Shown here: positions 51,858-63,020 of the stretch, piece after piece
Position numbering within the stretch: the first letter of the stretch is position 1
Layout: every line of letters starts with the position of its first letter
Assembly (NCBI GenBank): GCA_963737635.1
Contig: CAVTTL010000001.1
Coordinates: 2,048,001 to 2,112,000 of the forward strand
Source of the DNA: an uncultured Methanoregulaceae archaeon
GTDB taxonomy: Archaea; Halobacteriota; Methanomicrobia; Methanomicrobiales; Methanospirillaceae
DNA length: 64,000 bases
Reading direction: 5' to 3'
Translations under genes and position numbers: made by a program
The notes under the pieces: model-generated
Told to the model about the DNA's origin: nothing
Seen by the model: the letters and a program-made list of their open reading frames with translations, nothing else
The model's database searches: none

Positions 51858-52490
51858 ATGAATATTACCGCTCTCCGGCCTAGGTTCAAACAGTACCTGG
51901 AGCCGGTTGCAGGGGTCTTTGTCCGGTGCGGTATCACGCCAAACCAGTGTTCGTTCCTTGCCCTTGTTGCAGGAATTGCCGCCGCTGTGCTCTTTATGGA
52001 ACGCTGGTTCCTGGTCGGGAGCCTGCTGTTGCTTTTTTCCGCGATCTTCGATCTCGTCGATGGCAGTATCGCACGCCGTACCAATTCCCACACCAATTTT
52101 GGCGCGGTCTTTGACTGGATCGTGGACAAATACGTGGATGCCCTCGTGATCCTGGGAGTCGGCCTTTCCGGGATTGCTATACTGAGCGGGGTCCTGCCAG
52201 TCCCAAAAACTCTGGACTTCGCTATTGTCGGTCTTGCCATTACTGGCTCGCTGATGAACACATTTATTAAACCGGTTGTCTACGCAGAGATCGGGTACCG
52301 GGAAAAAGTCGAAGGTAAGATTGATGACCCGCTCGAAGGTGTCGGATTCTTTGGGAGACCCGAAACCTTTCTTGTTCTGATCATCGGGGGTATCACCGGG
52401 TTCATCTGGGTATCGGTCATCATCATCGCGATCTGCACGAACCTCTCAGCAATCGAGCGAATCGTGTACCTGTACAGAACTCTCTCCTGA
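51858..52490 (+). CDS. CDP-alcohol phosphatidyltransferase (archaeal lipid head-group synthase)
   Basis: TPNQ and DLVDGSIAR..FGAVFDWIVDKYVD. Confidence 0.9.
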   Translation: MNITALRPRFKQYLEPVAGVFVRCGITPNQCSFLALVAGIAAAVLFMERWFLVGSLLLLFSAIFDLVDGSIARRTNSHTNFGAVFDWIVDKYVDALVILGVGLSGIAILSGVLPVPKTLDFAIVGLAITGSLMNTFIKPVVYAEIGYREKVEGKIDDPLEGVGFFGRPETFLVLIIGGITGFIWVSVIIIAICTNLSAIERIVYLYRTLS

Positions 52491-52535
52491 CACCACCTGT
52501 TTTAATGTCATTTAAAAGACTATCGTCCCCGAAAA

Positions 52536-53445
52536 CTACGTCTCGGGAGGTTTTGGTTCGTCGTGCTCGGGTTCCTGCACCGAGGCAGGGGTAGACCCAG
52601 AAGTAATGTGCACCTTGCCCCGGATCAGATCGAATTCTTTGACAACCTCACCATAATAGAGCTGGTACAGATTCATCGGCAAAAGAGCCGAGCTGGGGAA
52701 TGAGGGTAAAGAGGCCGAATGCGATGACAATGAGGGCGACCAGCGCGAGCATCTCCGCGATCACGTTGTGGGCCCAGAAGAAACTCTCGTACCCATACTC
52801 GCCGTTCCCCGCGATAGCGGACCAGTACGGGAACCACTGGCCGGTATAGGCCATGACCACAAAGACGTTCCGGAACAGGTTGAGGATATAGATTGTGGGT
52901 GCAACAAGAAGAAACGCGAAGACCTTCTGTCGCATGGTTGTTGGCACCGCGGCGGCGACACCGAGCATGATGGCGATGCTCTGGATACCGGTGCAGGCAA
53001 GGATGATCTCGACCCGGAACCCATTCTGGGCAATGATATTCCATGCGTCAAGGTTGACGGGGTAATTAAAAACGTGGAGCAGCCACAGTACCTCGTTCAC
53101 CACCATCGAACTAAGCCAGTGTCCCAATCCATTGATATTAGCGAAATCGTCGAATGCAAAAGGAAAATAGATTAGGGATGCAACAGCCGCTGCCCGGGTA
53201 AGATGCATGACGGTTTTGTTCTCTGCAAGCAGGTATCGTACGGTAACCAGAAGGAATGGGACCGAGAGTGCTGCCATGACCGGGTAGAGGAAATTGCTCT
53301 CGGAAAAATATTCCGGCAGATCGGCAAAAAGGAAGGCAACGATGAAGACCCACCCCATAATCGCTGCATATTTCCGGTGGGGACCGGGTATCAACGATGC
53401 CAGAAATCCGATACAGGAAATCAGGACCAGATACTCGATCATCAT
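52536..53445 (-). CDS. artA: Archaeosortase A, frameshift near the 3' end (~52671)
   Basis: IILACTGIQS, LNLFRN and SFFWAHN (Cys-Arg-His), multiple TM helices. Confidence 0.9.
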
Positions 53446-53611
53446 ATAGCTGTGTGCTTTTTAATCAAAAAAAGGATTCTCCCTTAACATACCTCTTTCG
53501 GGGTAAATCTGTGCCGGGCATATCTGCGATGAGGTCCGGGATACCTCCGACCTTTCTGGGAGCTCCGGGATAATCACCTTAATCTTGTATAATAACCTAT
53601 ACTGTTATCCG

Positions 53612-53926
53612 ATGTTTTGCCCGGAATGCAAGAGTATGCTGATATCCTCTGGCGGCCAGCTCAAATGCCGTAAGTGCGGGTATGTCAGAAAGATTGAGTC
53701 CTCTGAACGCATGACGCGCGAAAAGAAGCGCACGGAGAACGAGATCACCATCGTTGACGATGAAGACGATAAATTAAAAACGATGCCCACGATCCAGATC
53801 AAGTGTCCAAAATGCGAAAACAACCTCGCTATCTGGTGGCTCCGCCAGCTTCGCGCCGCTGATGAAAGCGAAGTACGGTTCTTCCGTTGCACCGAGTGCG
53901 GCCATACATGGCGGCAGTACGACTAA
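53612..53926 (+). CDS. tfs: Transcription factor S
   Basis: MFCPECKS..CRKCG and CPKC..QLRAADE..FFRCTECGHTWR. Confidence 0.95.
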   Translation: MFCPECKSMLISSGGQLKCRKCGYVRKIESSERMTREKKRTENEITIVDDEDDKLKTMPTIQIKCPKCENNLAIWWLRQLRAADESEVRFFRCTECGHTWRQYD

Positions 53927-54050
53927 GTAATAATTATATCTGTACCGTCAATTTTTAAAAATAGCCATAATTCTTTGTCCAATTTCTTTTTTATATGGTG
54001 TGAGAGTTGTATAGACGGAATGCATCAGCGTGAAAAAAGAGGATAAAAAA

Positions 54051-56113
54051 TTACAGCAGGCCCGGCGCCTTGACCCGGAACATCTGCCAGAGAACACGGC
54101 CCATCACACGGTAGGTGAAATCGAGTTCGTCGAAGCTGGGGATGCCGTGCTCCTTGAGCATCTCACGCCCCACATTCATTGAATCCCCGCCAAGAAGGGT
54201 TGCGATCAGGCGGTTATCGGTCCGCTCGGAAAACTTGAGGATCTGTCTTGCCAGCTGTTCCGACGAGAGCACGAGATTGGGGAAACCAATGATGAAAGCC
54301 ATGTCCCAGAGATCGCCGTATTTTGCGAGAATTTCAAAAGTCTTCTCAAAACGTTTCTCCGTGGCATCACCCAGCAGATCGAGAGGGTTACCCTTGTTCC
54401 AGAACTCGGGGAGGAACTCGTTGAGCTCATCAAGAGCTTCCGCGGGGAGATCGATGAGCTCGATACCGTACCGTTCCGCATAATCCGAAGAGAGCACGGC
54501 AAACCCGCCGGCATTGGTAATGACAACAGCACGTTTCCCTTTGGGGTACCGCTTGGGGTGGGCAAGCACCTGTGCTGCAAGAAACGCCCCGGTGAGGGTA
54601 TGGACAGCGATAACGCCGGACTTGCGGAACGCTTCCATGTAGACCTCATACGAGCCGGACAGCGACCCGGTGTGGGAGGAGGCGGCTGCCTGACCCCGGC
54701 GGGAAGACCCGGATTTGATCGCGATGACCGGCTTGGACTTTGCTACCTCAGAGACAACCTCCATGAACGCCTTGCCGTCAGTGATCTGCTCGATGTACAT
54801 GATGATCGCTTTTGTCTTGGGATCCTTCTCCACGTACCGGAGATAATCGAGGAAATCAAGGTCGCACTGGTTGCCGACCGAAATAACGTTTGAAAACCCG
54901 ATATTCTTTGCAAGGCTCCAGTCCACAACGGTGTTGATGATAGCCCCGCTCTGGGAGATAAAAGCTATATTTCCGGGTTTGGGTGACTGGTGAACATACG
55001 TAGTGTCGATGCCCCGGGGAGGGACAATCACGCCAAGGCAGTTAGGCCCGATAATGCGCGTGCCGTGGCCTTTCGCGATTGCCACGACCCGGTCCTCAAG
55101 CGCTTTACCCTCGTGACCCATCTCCTTGAACCCGGCGGTAATGATAATTACCATGGGAACACCCTTTGCCCCGCATTCCTCCACAACAGCCGGTACATGG
55201 ATGGCCGGGACGGTGATGACCGCCAGATCGACCGGAGCGGGAATCGCCGTGACCGTTGGGTATGCCTTGAGCCCTTGGATCTCCGCACGTTTGTTGTTCA
55301 CCGGGTACAGTTGCCCGGGGAAATGCAGGAGATTGTGCATGACCGCGTACCCCATCTTGGATGAGTCCTGGGATGCACCAACGACTGCGATTGAACGCGG
55401 TGTGAAATATTCTATCGGTACAGGCGGACGTACTTCGCGTTCTGCCTTGTGAACGGTATCCGAGACGATCACCCGGGCATCCACCGCACAGGCACCGGAT
55501 TCATACAACCGGAGCGGGTTGACGTCGAACTCCACAATATGCTCATTTTCAAGGAAGAACCGGCTGACGTTTCCGATGATCCGTACAAGGGCCTCCTCGT
55601 CACGGGCCTTGGCTCCCCGGTAACCGGCAATAAGCGGGTACCCATCGATCTCCTTGACCATCTGCCGGATCTCATCCTCGGTCACCGGCAGAATGCGCAG
55701 CGTCACATCCTTCATGAGCTCGACCATCGTGCCGCCCATACCAAACGTGATCACTTTCCCAAAGGCCGGGTCGGTCCTCCCGCCGATGATCAGTTCGAGA
55801 CCGGGTTCTGCCTGCTGCTCGACCATGACACCGTCGATCTGCGCTTCGGTATTATAGGCCCTCGCGTTGTCGATGATCTTGGTAAACGCACCCAGAGCTG
55901 CTTTCCTGCTCCCGATACCGACCATCACGCCGCCGGCATCGCTCTTGTGGACGATCTGCGGGGAGATGATCTTCATCACCACCGGGCATCCCATCTTCTC
56001 GGCCGCGCTCGCTGCATCTTCGCCGTTCTTAACGATCTGGTATCCGGGACCGGAATGTCGTATTTCCGTAAAATGTCGTATCCTTCTGCTTCAGAGAGCA
56101 TCTTCTGGGTCAC
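54051..56113 (-). CDS. ADP-forming acetate--CoA ligase, fused ATP-grasp/CoA-binding type, frameshift near 56045
   Basis: SD GAGGTG then GTG: VTQKMLSEAEGYDILRKYDIPVP / YQIV..HKSDAGGV, GPNCLG, SQSG, SHTGSL and NPLD. Confidence 0.9.
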
Positions 56114-56382
56114 AATGTTCACCTCGAATTATGGTCTGGGGATCTTCTTTTCTCCCCGGTTAAGGTTCCGGCATGCAGGCAAAAGGTCCGGAAAGGGACG
56201 CGGTGCATACCCGGATTGTATGATGTAGTAAGAAATTTGGCGAGTCCTCATTTAAATGTGCTGAAATGTGAGCAACGCGCGATATAGGGTAAACGGACGA
56301 AGATACGGGCGATTTTTTCTATTCTGACCACAAAGAATAACTTTAATTCATCATTATTGATAATGTAGATTAGAGGAATTTC

Positions 56383-58278
56383 ATGGACAAGAGCGCAGAT
56401 GCCGGCAAAGAGATCAGATATTATACACCGGACCCGTCCTACCGCGTGCACAGCTGGATGGGAGATTACACCTGGACCTACAATGAATTTGTCAAAGACC
56501 CGGACAAATTCTGGGACCACATCGCAAAGAAACTCCACTGGTTTTCTCCTTACGATAAAGTCAGCGAGTGGAACTACCCGTACGCAAAATGGTTCGTGAA
56601 CGGCAAGACCAACATCACGTATAACTGCCTCGACCGGCACGTGCTGGGCGACCGGCGCAACAAGGTGGCGCTGATCTGGAAGGGCGAGTTGCCCGACGAG
56701 GAGCGGGTCTTTACCTACCGGCAGCTGTACCGCGAAGTGCAGCGGTTTGCAAACGGCCTCAAAAAACTGGGCGTGACAAAAGGGGACCGGGTCTGCATCT
56801 ACATCCCGGTCATTCCCGAACAGGTGATCGCGATGCTCGCGTGTACCCGGATCGGGGCGGTTCATTCCGTCGTTTTTGGCGGGTATGGCGCGGCCGCCCT
56901 CAACCAGCGGATCGTGGGTGCAGGGGCGAAGATCGTGATCACAGCCGATATGGCGATCCGGCGGGGAAAGGCGATCCCGCTCAAGCACGTGATTGAAGAG
57001 GCCGTCATCAATGCCCCTACTGTCGAGCACATCATCATCCTGCGCCGGGAACAGCGCACCCCGGTCGAACTCCATAGCGAAATGGAGATCGATTTCTATG
57101 AGGCGATGGCAGACGTGGATTCGGACTGCCCGGCAGAAGTCATGGATGCAGAAGACCCGCTCTTTATCCTCTATACGAGCGGCACTACCGGTGCTCCCAA
57201 AGGAATTGTCCATACCTGCGGGGGATACATGGTCGGTGCATATTATACGACCAAATATATCTTCGATATCAAGGAGCACGATGTGTACTGGTGTACCGCA
57301 GATCCCGGCTGGATTACCGGGCACACCTACGTCGTTTACGGCCCGCTCTCGGTAGGAGCCACCGTTCTCATTGCAGAAAACACCCCCGATTACCCGGACC
57401 CGGGGATCTGGTGGAAGATTATCGAAGAGTACGGCGTCAATATCCTCTATACTGCGCCGACTGCAATCCGGATGTTCATGAAACTGGGCCGGGAATGGCC
57501 CGACAAGTACAACCTCAGCTGCCTCCGGGTACTCGGATCGGTCGGCGAACCGCTCAACCCTGAGGCTTTCGAATGGTTCTACCACGTGATCGGAAAAGAC
57601 CGGTGCCCCATCGTGGACACATGGTGGCAGACCGAGACCGGCATGCACATGGTAACCACAGTGTTAGGAGAACCGATGCGGCCGGGATACGTGGGTAAAT
57701 CTATCCCCGGCATCGTAGCCGATGTCGTAGATAAGGAGGGAAAAAGCGTAGAAGCCGGCAAAAGCGGGTTTCTGGTAATCCGCCAGCCATGGCCGGCGAT
57801 GATGCGGACGATCTACAATAACGACGAACGGTACCGCAAATACTGGGAGACGATACCGGGATGCTACGTCGTGGGCGACCTTGCCATAAAAAGCGAGGAC
57901 GGCAACATCATGGTGATCGGGAGATCCGATGATCTCATCATTGTCTCCGGGCACAACATCGGCACTGCTGAGGTAGAGAGTGCGCTCGTCTCCCATAAAG
58001 CAGTCGCCGAAGCGGCCGTCATAGGAAAACCCGATCCGCTTAAGGGAAACACCATCAAGGCATTTGTCACACTCCGGGTCGGCCATACGCCAAGCGAGAA
58101 GCTCAAAAACGAACTGGTCTACCACGTGCGGATCACCCTTGGCCCCATTGCCATGCCTTCGGAGATCGAGTTTGTGGATACCCTGCCGAAGACCCGCAGC
58201 GGCAAGATCGTCCGGCGCATCCTCAAGGCAAAAGAGATGGGCATGGACCCGGGCGACATCTCCACCCTCGACGAGTAA
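56383..58278 (+). CDS. acs: AMP-forming acetyl-CoA synthetase
   Basis: YTSGTTGAPKG, WITGHTY, SVGEP, DTWWQTETG and PKTRSGK. Confidence 0.96.
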   Translation: MDKSADAGKEIRYYTPDPSYRVHSWMGDYTWTYNEFVKDPDKFWDHIAKKLHWFSPYDKVSEWNYPYAKWFVNGKTNITYNCLDRHVLGDRRNKVALIWKGELPDEERVFTYRQLYREVQRFANGLKKLGVTKGDRVCIYIPVIPEQVIAMLACTRIGAVHSVVFGGYGAAALNQRIVGAGAKIVITADMAIRRGKAIPLKHVIEEAVINAPTVEHIIILRREQRTPVELHSEMEIDFYEAMADVDSDCPAEVMDAEDPLFILYTSGTTGAPKGIVHTCGGYMVGAYYTTKYIFDIKEHDVYWCTADPGWITGHTYVVYGPLSVGATVLIAENTPDYPDPGIWWKIIEEYGVNILYTAPTAIRMFMKLGREWPDKYNLSCLRVLGSVGEPLNPEAFEWFYHVIGKDRCPIVDTWWQTETGMHMVTTVLGEPMRPGYVGKSIPGIVADVVDKEGKSVEAGKSGFLVIRQPWPAMMRTIYNNDERYRKYWETIPGCYVVGDLAIKSEDGNIMVIGRSDDLIIVSGHNIGTAEVESALVSHKAVAEAAVIGKPDPLKGNTIKAFVTLRVGHTPSEKLKNELVYHVRITLGPIAMPSEIEFVDTLPKTRSGKIVRRILKAKEMGMDPGDISTLDE

Positions 58279-58420
58279 AACAAAGAAGATTACCCTTTTT
58301 CCCCGGCCAGTTCCCGATGCTTTTTTATACCGCGCTCCCCTTTCTTTATTTGCTTTATATACGGGATCCTGATCAGACCGATCTTCCCGGCCTTAACCAA
58401 ATGCAAAAGGTGATGATACC

Positions 58421-58981
58421 ATGAAGGCGAATCCAGAGGACTCACTGAAAATAGAAAATATCGTTGCTTCCGCTAAAGTGACTGATTATCTCGACTTGCC
58501 GGCACTTGCATCCAAGATCAAGGATGCCGAGTATAACAAGAAGAGGTTCCCCGGCGTTGTCCTGCGGATGCAGAACCCGAAGATCGCCGCGCTCGTCTTT
58601 GGCTCGGGTAAAGTGGTCCTGACCGGTGCAAAGAGTGTCGACAGCCTTTCAAAAGGGCTTACTATCCTTGGAAACCAGCTCCGGAGTCTCGATATCGATA
58701 TCCCAAAGAAGCTCACGTACAAGATCCAGAATATTGTTACTTCCGCCGATCTCGCGACGGCAATCAACCTTAACAAGATAGCAGTCGGGTTTAACCTTGA
58801 CCGGATCGAGTACGAGCCGGAGCAATTCCCGGGCCTCGTCTACCGGCTCGAGAACCCAAAGGTCGTTGTCCTCCTCTTTGGCTCAGGAAAACTGATCATA
58901 ACCGGCGGCAAGGAACCTGAAGACGCGAAGAAGGCAGTAGTCAAGATCCTCGCGGATCTCCGGAGTCTCGGCCTGATGTAA
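58421..58981 (+). CDS. tbp: TATA-box-binding protein
   Basis: IENIVAS..FPG..FGSGK duplicated; YEPEQFPGL. Confidence 0.97.
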   Translation: MKANPEDSLKIENIVASAKVTDYLDLPALASKIKDAEYNKKRFPGVVLRMQNPKIAALVFGSGKVVLTGAKSVDSLSKGLTILGNQLRSLDIDIPKKLTYKIQNIVTSADLATAINLNKIAVGFNLDRIEYEPEQFPGLVYRLENPKVVVLLFGSGKLIITGGKEPEDAKKAVVKILADLRSLGLM

Positions 58982-59180
58982 TTTTTTTGTAAAGATGTTT
59001 CCTGCAGTACTGTGGTAACAATGCAAACTGCTTTTTAGATATAAAATCAATATTTACGGTTAACCATGAATTATAATATATATAATTTGTGTTTATTGTT
59101 CATCAATAACACATGATATATAACAAAGACAAGATAAATCTGTAAGGAAGAAAGAAAGAAAAATCGAGGAGAAATGTGCA

Positions 59181-59555
59181 ATGAGAACCGAGAATGTGAT
59201 GTATTTTACGGAAAAGGAAGAAGAATTCGCTAATCTTCTCATCGAGATCGGGACCAAGAAGAACGTCGCAAAGGTGCTGGTCTTTTTGGCAAATATTCCT
59301 GAGGCGACATCGCGGGCGATCGAGCGGGGGACCGACCTTCGCCAGCCTGAAGTAAGTATCGCCATGCGGTACCTGATGGAGCAGGGATGGATCAACAGCC
59401 GCGAGAGCAAGGCTGAGAGCAAGGGACGCCCGGTCAAGATTTACGAACTGTCCAAACCCATCAACGATATCATGGACAGTATCGAGAAAGAGAAGAAGAA
59501 AGAAGCGACCAACCAGCTCGCGATGATACAGAAATTACGGGACTACATTCGTTGA
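59181..59555 (+). CDS. Methanomicrobial winged-helix transcriptional regulator
   Basis: TSRAIERGTDLRQPEVSIAM..GRPVKIY. Confidence 0.85.
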   Translation: MRTENVMYFTEKEEEFANLLIEIGTKKNVAKVLVFLANIPEATSRAIERGTDLRQPEVSIAMRYLMEQGWINSRESKAESKGRPVKIYELSKPINDIMDSIEKEKKKEATNQLAMIQKLRDYIR

Positions 59556-60248
59556 GTCCAGTACCGTACACTTTTTTTCGTTACCGATTATTACCATCGT
59601 GTTTCCCTGGAATCGGGTAAAGAGCCCGCTCTCTACGATCCCGGGAATTGACGCGATTGACGCTTCCAGCGCAGCAGGATCCGCAATCCCCTCAAACTGG
59701 CAGTCGACGATGAAGTTCCCGTTGTCGGTAATGACCGGGCCGTCTTTTTTCACCGCTTCCCGGATGAACGGCCGGCAGCCCAGTCCCCGCAGCTGCGCCA
59801 TCGCAGGCTTTGTCGCGAAAGGAAGCGTCTCGACCGGCACAATCCCGGACAGTCCCGGGACCATCTTTGACTCATCGACAACAACGATAAACCGGAAAGC
59901 CGCGGCAGCCACGCACTTTTCCCGGGTAAGCGCTGCACCCCGTCCCTTGATCATCCTGAAAAGGGGATCGACCTGATCGGCCCCGTCAATGGCAAGGTCG
60001 AGCACCGGGTTGTCGTCAAGCGTGGTCAGGGGGATCCCATATTCCCGCGCCCTTATTGCGGTCTGGTATGAAGTCGGGACACCAGAAACCGACAGGCCGT
60101 CCCGGATCCTGCCCGAAAGAGATTCGATGACATACAAAACCGTGGAACCGGTTCCAAGACCGATGACCATCCCGTCCTCTACCATGTCCGCTGCCTGATA
60201 TCCTGCCGCCCGTTTCGCAACGGCACCCGCATCTGTCGCGCCAGCCAT
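59535..60248 (-). CDS. rpiA: Ribose-5-phosphate isomerase A
   Basis: GLGTGST, DGADQ, KGRGAALTREK and TDNGN. Confidence 0.96.
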   Translation of the reverse strand: MAGATDAGAVAKRAAGYQAADMVEDGMVIGLGTGSTVLYVIESLSGRIRDGLSVSGVPTSYQTAIRAREYGIPLTTLDDNPVLDLAIDGADQVDPLFRMIKGRGAALTREKCVAAAAFRFIVVVDESKMVPGLSGIVPVETLPFATKPAMAQLRGLGCRPFIREAVKKDGPVITDNGNFIVDCQFEGIADPAALEASIASIPGIVESGLFTRFQGNTMVIIGNEKKCTVLDSTNVVP

Positions 60249-60315
60249 ACTGAAGATAGGATTTGGGTGCAAGGATAATTAAAACTGTACGAGCACCAGG
60301 CACAAAAGGGAACGG

Positions 60316-61098
60316 CTAATCCAGAAAGATCTTCTTTGTATCGTCATCCGCCGCGTGGGCAGTGCAGTCCAGCGTGATGGGTGTGATCGAGATATTGCCC
60401 TTCCTGATCGCATGGACGTCAGTACCTTCTTCTGCATCTTCGAGAAGCGGACCGTTGATCCAGAAGTACGGCCTGCCCCGGGGGTCGAGCCGTTTTTCAA
60501 CGCCGGTACGGAAGAGTTTTCTCGCAAGCCGTGTCACTTCGTAGCCCCCGCGGACTTTTGAGGGGATATTCACGTTGATCACGTCGGTATCAGGGGAGAA
60601 CCCGGATGCAAGCACGCGCTCCACAACCTCCCGGACGATCTTCTTTGCCTCATCAAAACTCTGCGCCGATTGGCCGGGATCGTCGAACTTATCTCCCTGA
60701 TCTTCCACCTGCAGGGAGAACGCAATGCCCTTTGTCCCCTGGTTTGATGCCTCGAGCGCTGCCCCCATCGTGCCCGAGGTCATGATCGATTCATAGGAAA
60801 GGTTCTCGCCGATATTTATTCCGCTCACGACAAGCGCAGGTGCAAGATTCAACGCGTACAGCCCAATGATTACCGCGTCGGTCGGTTTTCCTCCTACCGC
60901 CCATGCAGGGACGCCGTTGATCCGGATCCTGTTTGCCCGGATGGGTTCGAAGATCGAGATCGACCGGCCCACCGCGCTCTGCTGGGTCGCCGGCGCAACG
61001 ACCGTCACATCGGCAATAGGGGCAAGCGCCTCGTAGGCAGCCCATATACCAAGGGAGTTCACGCCGTCATCGTTAGTGAGCAGGATCGCGGGTTTCAT
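60316..61098 (-). CDS. surE: 5'/3'-nucleotidase SurE
   Basis: LLTNDDG, SGINIGEN and SGTMGAA. Confidence 0.95.
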   Translation of the reverse strand: MKPAILLTNDDGVNSLGIWAAYEALAPIADVTVVAPATQQSAVGRSISIFEPIRANRIRINGVPAWAVGGKPTDAVIIGLYALNLAPALVVSGINIGENLSYESIMTSGTMGAALEASNQGTKGIAFSLQVEDQGDKFDDPGQSAQSFDEAKKIVREVVERVLASGFSPDTDVINVNIPSKVRGGYEVTRLARKLFRTGVEKRLDPRGRPYFWINGPLLEDAEEGTDVHAIRKGNISITPITLDCTAHAADDDTKKIFLD

Positions 61099-61200
61099 AA
61101 CACGGTACTTCTTTTGCGCACCCTCGCAAAATAACTGATCGATCCACGCTAGGTCCGGGAACGGATAGGGTAATTTCCTGCAGGTGCAATAGTACCTGCG

Positions 61201-62088
61201 ATGAGAGTCCTGCTTGCCGAGTACGCTTCGGCCTGCGATCCGGCCCTTGCTGCCGAGGGTGCGGCGATGCTGGATGTCCTGCGCGGGAGTTTTACCCGCT
61301 GCGGCTACGAAATCATCCTGCCGGGCCCCGGGGATTTCTTCGAAGAGATCAGACGGCTTGCCCCATTATGCGAAATGGGCCTTGTGATCGCGCCCGATCA
61401 CCTGCTTGCCCGGTTGACCCTCCCGATCGAACAATACTCCCATAACCTCGGCTGCGGCAGCATGAACGCGGCGCTCTGCGCAAATAAGGTCACGACCGGC
61501 CGGATTCTCAAAGGCCACGGGATACCTGTGCCGGCCGATGCCCCGGACGGGAGGCATGTGGTAAAACCGGTGGCCGGCTGCGACGCACAGGGAGTCAGGC
61601 TCACAACGGATGCCCCGGGCAGGGACGAATTTGCCCAGGAGTATATCGAGGGTGAGCATTACTCGGTCAGTCTTGTCATGAGCCGGGTCGTCGGCGAGGC
61701 CTGCCTGTACTTCTCCGGCAATCCCCCGCTTGTCCTTGCGATTAACCGGCAGGCCGTGGCCCTCAACCCCGACGGCACTTTTACGTACACCGGCGGGGAG
61801 ACACCGGTCCACCCGGCGCGCAGCCAGGAGATCATCGATACGGCCGTAAAAGCGGCGACCGTGCTCGGCTGCCAGGGATACTGCGGTGTGGATGTCGTTG
61901 TCGGCGACAACGTCTATGTCGTGGACGTGAACCCGAGGATCACGACAAGCCTTGTCGGTATCGCTGCCTGTATGAAAGAGGAGATCGCCGCGTTGCTGGT
62001 CAGCGCCTCCGAGGGCAATGCACCCAACGAGGTGCACCTCACCGGCAGGGTCCGGTTCGATACCCGCGGGACGGTCACGCCGTTATGA
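61201..62088 (+). CDS. mfnD: ATP-grasp ligase, probable tyramine--L-glutamate ligase (methanofuran synthesis)
   Basis: EGAAML, VIAPD, KPVAGC, QEYIEG, LAINRQ and GYCGVD..VNPRITTS; coupled to an mfnF-like gene. Confidence 0.75.
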   Translation: MRVLLAEYASACDPALAAEGAAMLDVLRGSFTRCGYEIILPGPGDFFEEIRRLAPLCEMGLVIAPDHLLARLTLPIEQYSHNLGCGSMNAALCANKVTTGRILKGHGIPVPADAPDGRHVVKPVAGCDAQGVRLTTDAPGRDEFAQEYIEGEHYSVSLVMSRVVGEACLYFSGNPPLVLAINRQAVALNPDGTFTYTGGETPVHPARSQEIIDTAVKAATVLGCQGYCGVDVVVGDNVYVVDVNPRITTSLVGIAACMKEEIAALLVSASEGNAPNEVHLTGRVRFDTRGTVTPL

Positions 62089-63020
62089 TCGGCATTGACG
62101 TTGGGGGGGCAAACCTCAAGGTTGCTAACGATAACGGCGTCCATATCCACTACTGTCCGCTCTGGTCCGGGGCCCCGCTTCAAGAGCTGCTGCGCCAGTA
62201 CGCCACAGGAAAGGACACTCCCGCCGCAGTCGTCATGAGCGGTGAACTCGCCGACTGCTTCGAGAACAAGTTCCAGGGAATCGAATTCATTGTCGGTGCG
62301 GTCAAAAAGGTCTTCCCTGCTGCCCGGTTTTATGGCACGGATGCCGCATTCCACGACAGCCCGGTGCCGGCGCTTGCAGCCGCCAACTGGCTTGCCTCAG
62401 CGGATTTCCTGCGGGAGAAGTACCCGGACGCGGTACTGCTTGATGTCGGAAGTACGACCGCTGACATCATCCCGCTCTCCCGTTTCCCTGCGCTCCGTGG
62501 TCTCTCGGATCTCGGCCGGTTGCAGAACGGGTACCTCATCTACACCGGTATGCTCAGGACACCGGTGGCCACGCTCCTTTCTTCCCTGAACCTGGGTGGG
62601 ACACAGACACCGGTCAGCACGGAGTATTTTGCCGCAAGTGCCGATGTTCACGTGGTACTTAGCCACATCACCCAGAAGAACTACAGCTGCGACACCCCGG
62701 ACCACAAGGAAAAGACCCGCAGCGCCTGCCTGCGCCGGCTTGCCCGGGTTGTCTGTGCCGACCTTGAAGAGATCGGGGAGACCGGCGCCCTGCAGATCGC
62801 TGAAGCATTCTGGGACCAGCAGCGGGAGATTGTCTGCACCACCGTACGCCGGGTAGCAGAAGAGACTGGTGCGTCCTCGGTTATCGTGGCCGGCATGGGT
62901 GCGGCACTCTTTGCCCGGGAATGCGGGGGAGTAGATCTCACCCGGGCGCTCGGGCCGGCAGCGGACGCCCTCCCCGCTTATGCAGTACGGGAGGTGGCAC
63001 TACGGAAGCGTGGAAACTGA
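62085..63020 (+). CDS. mfnF: Hydantoinase-A-like H4MPT/MFR pathway protein (MfnF type)
   Basis: GIDVGGANLK, YCPLW, MSGELADCF, AAANW, DVGSTTADIIP, YTGMLRT and RLARVVCAD. Confidence 0.8.
   Translation: MIGIDVGGANLKVANDNGVHIHYCPLWSGAPLQELLRQYATGKDTPAAVVMSGELADCFENKFQGIEFIVGAVKKVFPAARFYGTDAAFHDSPVPALAAANWLASADFLREKYPDAVLLDVGSTTADIIPLSRFPALRGLSDLGRLQNGYLIYTGMLRTPVATLLSSLNLGGTQTPVSTEYFAASADVHVVLSHITQKNYSCDTPDHKEKTRSACLRRLARVVCADLEEIGETGALQIAEAFWDQQREIVCTTVRRVAEETGASSVIVAGMGAALFARECGGVDLTRALGPAADALPAYAVREVALRKRGN

Noticed and set aside
51719-52261. Long N-terminal extension of the RibD-like ORF
   Set aside because: Antisense to the CDP-alcohol transferase; the family N-terminus begins at 51718.
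56248-57648. 466-aa minus-strand ORF
   Set aside because: Antisense shadow of acs.
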